From: Saprospiraceae bacterium
GTDB taxonomy: Bacteria; Bacteroidota; Bacteroidia; Chitinophagales; Saprospiraceae
Length of the DNA: 56,710 nucleotides
Direction: 5' to 3'
NCBI GenBank assembly: GCA_045106545.1
Contig: JBGCES010000055.1
Coordinates: 1 to 56,710, forward strand
How positions within the stretch are numbered: position 1 is the first letter of the stretch; the number at the start of each line of letters is the position of its first letter. The notes beneath the pieces were generated by a model. The model was not told the origin of the DNA. It made no database searches and saw only the letters and a program-made list of their open reading frames with translations. Position numbers and translations under genes: made by a program. This document shows positions 53,081-56,710 of this stretch, in pieces.

Positions 53081-55879
53081 CTAGCTGGCGCCAGTCTGAA
53101 AAGCACTTGGCGGCTGTTTAAACTCTTGATGGAAGACACGCGAGAAGTAATTTGGATCGGAAAAGCCAACTGCATAAGCGACTTCGGAGATATTCAAATC
53201 GCCTTGGCGTAGCAATTCAATACTTTTTTGTAACCGAATTTGGCGGATGTACTGCGAAGGAGTTTTACCACTCAATGCCTTGACTTTACGATAAAATTGA
53301 TTATTCGTTAAGTCTAAATTAGCAGCTAAATTAGCCACTGATAAATTTATATCTGTTAATTTATCTAATACTTGGCTATGCACTTTTTGTAAAAATTGCT
53401 CTTCTCTATTTAGTGACTTAGTTGTCGTGATGACTGGTGATTGGCTATATCTTTGTTGTAAATTAGACCGCAATTTGAGTAATTGCTCTATGCGCGTAAA
53501 TAATTCAGCGCGATCAAATGGCTTCGTCAAATAAGCATCTGCACCATCTTGTAAGCCGCGTACTTTTTCTTCTTGAGTCGCTTTGGCGGTTAATAAAACA
53601 ATTGGAATATGACTAGTTCGTTCGTCTTTTTTAAGCGTAGCGCAAACTTCATATCCGTCTTTTTCGGGCATCATCACATCGCTAATAATTAAGTCAGGGA
53701 CTAACTCAATCGCGCGTTCGATTCCATCTTGTCCATTCACGGCAGTATGAATTTTATATTCCGATTGAAGTAAAGATTGGAGATAAAGAATAACATCCTT
53801 ATTGTCTTCGATAATTAAAATTTCGGTAGTTGGATTAGTTATGCTTGATGTTATTCGGCTGGGATAAAGTGGTAATGTAACAGATTCTTTTTTTATAGTA
53901 TTAGCAGTCGTTTTCAAAGGTGCGTTTTGAGTAATCGGTAATTTCACGACGAAAGTCGTTCCTTTCGTAAGCACACTTTTTACAGTGATTTCCCCTTGCA
54001 TCAATTCCACTAATTCCTTGGTCAACGCCAAACCGATCCCCGTTCCTTCACCTTTGCGCGTAGAAGTATCATCTACTTGATAAAAGCGGTCAAAGATATG
54101 TGGCAATTTATTCGCCGCAATTCCAATACCCGTATCTTTTATTTTTAAAAGAAGTAAGTCGTCATTTTGAGAAACATGGAAAATAACCTTTCCGTCCGAA
54201 GGCGTAAATTTTATTGCATTGGATAATAAATTAAAAACGATTTGCTGAATTTTTATTTCATCATAATCCATCACGAGTTTGTCTAATTCAAAATATGGAA
54301 CTAGCGTCAATTCTTTTTCAACCGCTAGTGATTGGAAGGATTGTAACAGATATTGGAGATAAGGGATAATGTTGTCTTGGTGCAAATTAAGTGTCAATTG
54401 ATTAGCTTCTAGCTTAGCGAGATCGAGAATTTGATTGACTAAATGCAGTAGGTTTTTGCCATTCTTTTTGATCAGTTGTTTTTCAAAAAGATGTCCTTTT
54501 ATATTTTCAGTAATGCCTAAAATAACGGTTAGTGGCGTACGAAATTCATGGGTAATATTATTATATAATTTCGTTTTCACGCGTTCCAGTTCAATGGCTC
54601 GCTGCTTGGCAAGGTCAATTTGCCGACTCCGATAGCCCATACCAATGGAGAACGTCAGCAAGTGTAGCGAAGTCGCAATTTGTAAAAAGTAATAACGTAA
54701 ATAAGGCGTTTCTAAAATCAATCCGCGCTGTTCGAGTACTTCTAAAACCGCATTGATCGTAACCCCTAAACTTAAAATAGCACCCGCTATGGCGAAATAT
54801 AATGCCACCGTGTCGCCCGAACGAATCAATAAAATGCAAAACAAAAATCCCAGTAAAGCGAAAGGTGCGATAATCAGTTTATGTGCCGTGACGATTCGAT
54901 AATCTTGGAAAATGATGTAAAAAATGATATATGCGAATATAAGTGCAACGTTCGCCCAAATGAAAATCGTCACGCGCCGATCCCACTTAGGCATTAGGTT
55001 TTTCAAATCCACAAACCGCTGCATAAAGACAAAAGTCATGATGCCTGCTACATATTGGATAGTCAAGAAAACGCCCCAACCTAAATAGGGATAGTTTTTA
55101 AAAATAACACTTTGTAAGTAGCCAAAATCACCCAAAGTCAATACCGAAATACATACCATATACGCGCAATAAACCAGATAGGTATTGTCGCGCACCATCA
55201 AGAAATAGAGCAAATGAAACAAAATAAATCCCCAAATAATGCCCTGAAAAATACCCTGACTAAAATGGCGGCTACTTGCTTGCATCGTTTCTTGCCAGAA
55301 GTCGGTATGGAATAATTTAATATTCAATTGCAAAGGATTATTGAGAATCCGCTGGGTTTTGATGTAAATTTCTTTTTGTTCCTGCGCCGATAGAGAGAGT
55401 TTAATTTGTCCACTATAGCCTTCATCGCGTAGGAAAAATCCAGGTTTTATATTGCCAATTTTTTCTTCGTCCGCAACTAGCGTTCCCACGTAATAACGGG
55501 TATTATCCACAAAAATCTCGACTTGTTGTTCGTAACCGACAAAGAGAATAAATTCGTGAGCGACGGTATCGGGGTTGGCTAAATTGAATTGTAGCCAGTG
55601 GGTATTTTTATTTTCAATTAGGGAATTAAAATTAGCGGCAGATTGAAAATCGGTAGGTGATAAGTCAGTCAATTGCGTAGTAGCGGGCGCATTGGGATAG
55701 ATATTTAAATACGCTAGAATTGAAGTAGAATCTTGGAAGGAAATGGTTTCTTGCTCTATTTGAATCGTGGATGTGGCAGATTGTGTCCAACCTGACAGGA
55801 GGAAGAACAGCAGACAGCAAATCAAAATTATAGATCGCTGAAAAGGAGCAATAATGGGATAAAACAAGTCAGATAACAA
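53081..55879 (-). CDS. Hybrid sensor histidine kinase / response regulator with AraC-type HTH (7TMR-DISM sensor), paralog of 13920-17051
   Basis: 932-aa ORF (TTG start in the track, so the start is uncertain). Its architecture matches the first kinase, with HisKA ITHEFRTPLTVILGI, HATPase GTGIGLA, REC DLIISDVMMPEKDG and a C-terminal AraC HTH. Confidence 0.88.
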   Translation of the reverse strand: MLSDLFYPIIAPFQRSIILICCLLFFLLSGWTQSATSTIQIEQETISFQDSTSILAYLNIYPNAPATTQLTDLSPTDFQSAANFNSLIENKNTHWLQFNLANPDTVAHEFILFVGYEQQVEIFVDNTRYYVGTLVADEEKIGNIKPGFFLRDEGYSGQIKLSLSAQEQKEIYIKTQRILNNPLQLNIKLFHTDFWQETMQASSRHFSQGIFQGIIWGFILFHLLYFLMVRDNTYLVYCAYMVCISVLTLGDFGYLQSVIFKNYPYLGWGVFLTIQYVAGIMTFVFMQRFVDLKNLMPKWDRRVTIFIWANVALIFAYIIFYIIFQDYRIVTAHKLIIAPFALLGFLFCILLIRSGDTVALYFAIAGAILSLGVTINAVLEVLEQRGLILETPYLRYYFLQIATSLHLLTFSIGMGYRSRQIDLAKQRAIELERVKTKLYNNITHEFRTPLTVILGITENIKGHLFEKQLIKKNGKNLLHLVNQILDLAKLEANQLTLNLHQDNIIPYLQYLLQSFQSLAVEKELTLVPYFELDKLVMDYDEIKIQQIVFNLLSNAIKFTPSDGKVIFHVSQNDDLLLLKIKDTGIGIAANKLPHIFDRFYQVDDTSTRKGEGTGIGLALTKELVELMQGEITVKSVLTKGTTFVVKLPITQNAPLKTTANTIKKESVTLPLYPSRITSSITNPTTEILIIEDNKDVILYLQSLLQSEYKIHTAVNGQDGIERAIELVPDLIISDVMMPEKDGYEVCATLKKDERTSHIPIVLLTAKATQEEKVRGLQDGADAYLTKPFDRAELFTRIEQLLKLRSNLQQRYSQSPVITTTKSLNREEQFLQKVHSQVLDKLTDINLSVANLAANLDLTNNQFYRKVKALSGKTPSQYIRQIRLQKSIELLRQGDLNISEVAYAVGFSDPNYFSRVFHQEFKQPPSAFQTGAS

Positions 55880-55965
55880 AATACTCGGGTTAAACTCTTT
55901 TTAGATTTAAGAGGGCTTACCCAAAGATAAAAATTATTATTGAAGCTAAAATAAATCGAGTCGAG

Positions 55966-56709
55966 TTAAACCATCTCCCGACAAGCACGATACAAATCTT
56001 GCCAGTCTTTGCGCTCCTTCACCACCGTTTCTAAATATTCTAACCAGACCGTTTTATCCTGCACAGGATCTTTGACAATCGCGCCCGTAATGCCCGCCGC
56101 TAAATCATGCGCTTTCAGTTCCCCATCACCAAAATGTGCCGCTAACGCTTGTCCGCTATTGACCACCGAAATGGCTTCGGCGGTACTCAACGTGCTACTC
56201 GGCGATTTTACTTTCATGCGTCCATCGGTCGTTTTTCCGCTACGGAGTTCGCGAAAAATGGTAACGAGTCGTTGGATTTCCGCAACGGGTGTTGCCGTGA
56301 CGGGAATTTCTAAGGTCGCATTCATTTTTTCTACCCGCGTTTTAACGATTTTTACCTCTTCTTCCAACGAGTCAGGTAAAGGCAAAACGACCGTATTGAA
56401 ACGCCGACGGAGCGCAGACGACAATTCATTAACCCCTTTATCTCGCGTATTCGCCGTAGCGATAATATTGAAACCACGTTGGGCTTGAATTTCCGTATTC
56501 AGCTCCGGAACGGGTAATAGTTTTTCTGAAAGGAGGGTAATCAAAGTATCTTGTACGTCCGCTGGAATTCGCGTTAATTCTTCTACGCGAGCAATTTTTC
56601 CATCCTGCATCGCTTTCATCACGGGACTCGCTACGACGGCATTCTGCGATGGTCCTTCCGATAATAATTTCGCATAATTCCAACCATACCGCAACGCATC
56701 TTCGTTCAT
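55966..56709 (-). CDS. AAA+ ATPase, MoxR/CbbQ-like (5'-truncated by the window edge)
   Basis: The open frame runs to the window end. It has sensor/arginine-finger region motifs (NIIATANTRDKGVNELSSALRRRF). The N-terminal Walker motifs lie outside the window. Confidence 0.8.
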   Translation of the reverse strand: MNEDALRYGWNYAKLLSEGPSQNAVVASPVMKAMQDGKIARVEELTRIPADVQDTLITLLSEKLLPVPELNTEIQAQRGFNIIATANTRDKGVNELSSALRRRFNTVVLPLPDSLEEEVKIVKTRVEKMNATLEIPVTATPVAEIQRLVTIFRELRSGKTTDGRMKVKSPSSTLSTAEAISVVNSGQALAAHFGDGELKAHDLAAGITGAIVKDPVQDKTVWLEYLETVVKERKDWQDLYRACREMV

Positions 56710-56710
56710 C

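Noticed and set aside
56009-56488. A 159-aa plus-strand ORF antisense to the MoxR-like ATPase gene.
   Set aside because: It is a shadow ORF inside a conserved AAA+ gene with no recognisable features.
1-56710. A search by eye for tRNA, rRNA, tmRNA and RNase P hallmarks, and for transposase, integrase or phage genes.
   Set aside because: I found no T-loop/acceptor-type motifs or rRNA-like stretches in the spacers. None of the listed ORFs resembles a transposase, integrase or phage protein. A proper tRNAscan or Infernal run would be needed to be certain.

Overview
This is a 56.7-kb chromosomal window that looks like a Bacteroidota genome. Supporting signs are a T9SS-type C-terminal sorting domain, 7TMR-DISM hybrid kinase/response-regulator/AraC proteins, many SPOR/OmpA/TolB-like envelope proteins, and A-rich start contexts without obvious Shine-Dalgarno sequences. 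Coding content is mostly core metabolism and envelope functions. It includes gltBD, a CoA-transferase A/B pair, rpiB, purN, pdxH, scpA, PBP4/dacB, and M28, S8 and M1 peptidases. It also includes a MacB/FtsX permease, a Wzx-like flippase, and a Zn/Mn-type ABC binding protein plus ATPase. The remaining large genes are two paralogous hybrid sensor kinases, a ~1550-aa T9SS-secreted LamG protein, and a 5'-truncated MoxR-like ATPase at the right edge. I recognised no rRNA, tRNA, CRISPR array, transposase, integrase or phage genes. I did not find a convincing novel multi-gene system. The unusual material is mostly non-coding or degenerate. (i) A 2-kb islet holds two type II toxin-antitoxin modules in which both PIN-type toxin genes carry one in-frame TAA while the antitoxin genes are intact. 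(ii) Intergenic spacers, including those inside the gltB-gltD, scoA-scoB and metal-ABC gene pairs, are filled with several families of palindromic MITE/REP-like repeats, and two copies have 9-bp flanking direct repeats. (iii) Many spacers are built from short tandem arrays (4-5 units) of degenerate heptamers or 8-10-mers, reminiscent of cyanobacterial STRR repeats. (iv) A 0.7-kb AT-rich ORF-free spacer contains a duplicated hairpin/terminator module, possibly an sRNA locus. Protein-level oddities are listed as findings with caveats: an S8 peptidase fused to SPOR without a signal peptide, a metal ABC locus without a permease, and a giant T9SS protein next to a hybrid regulator.
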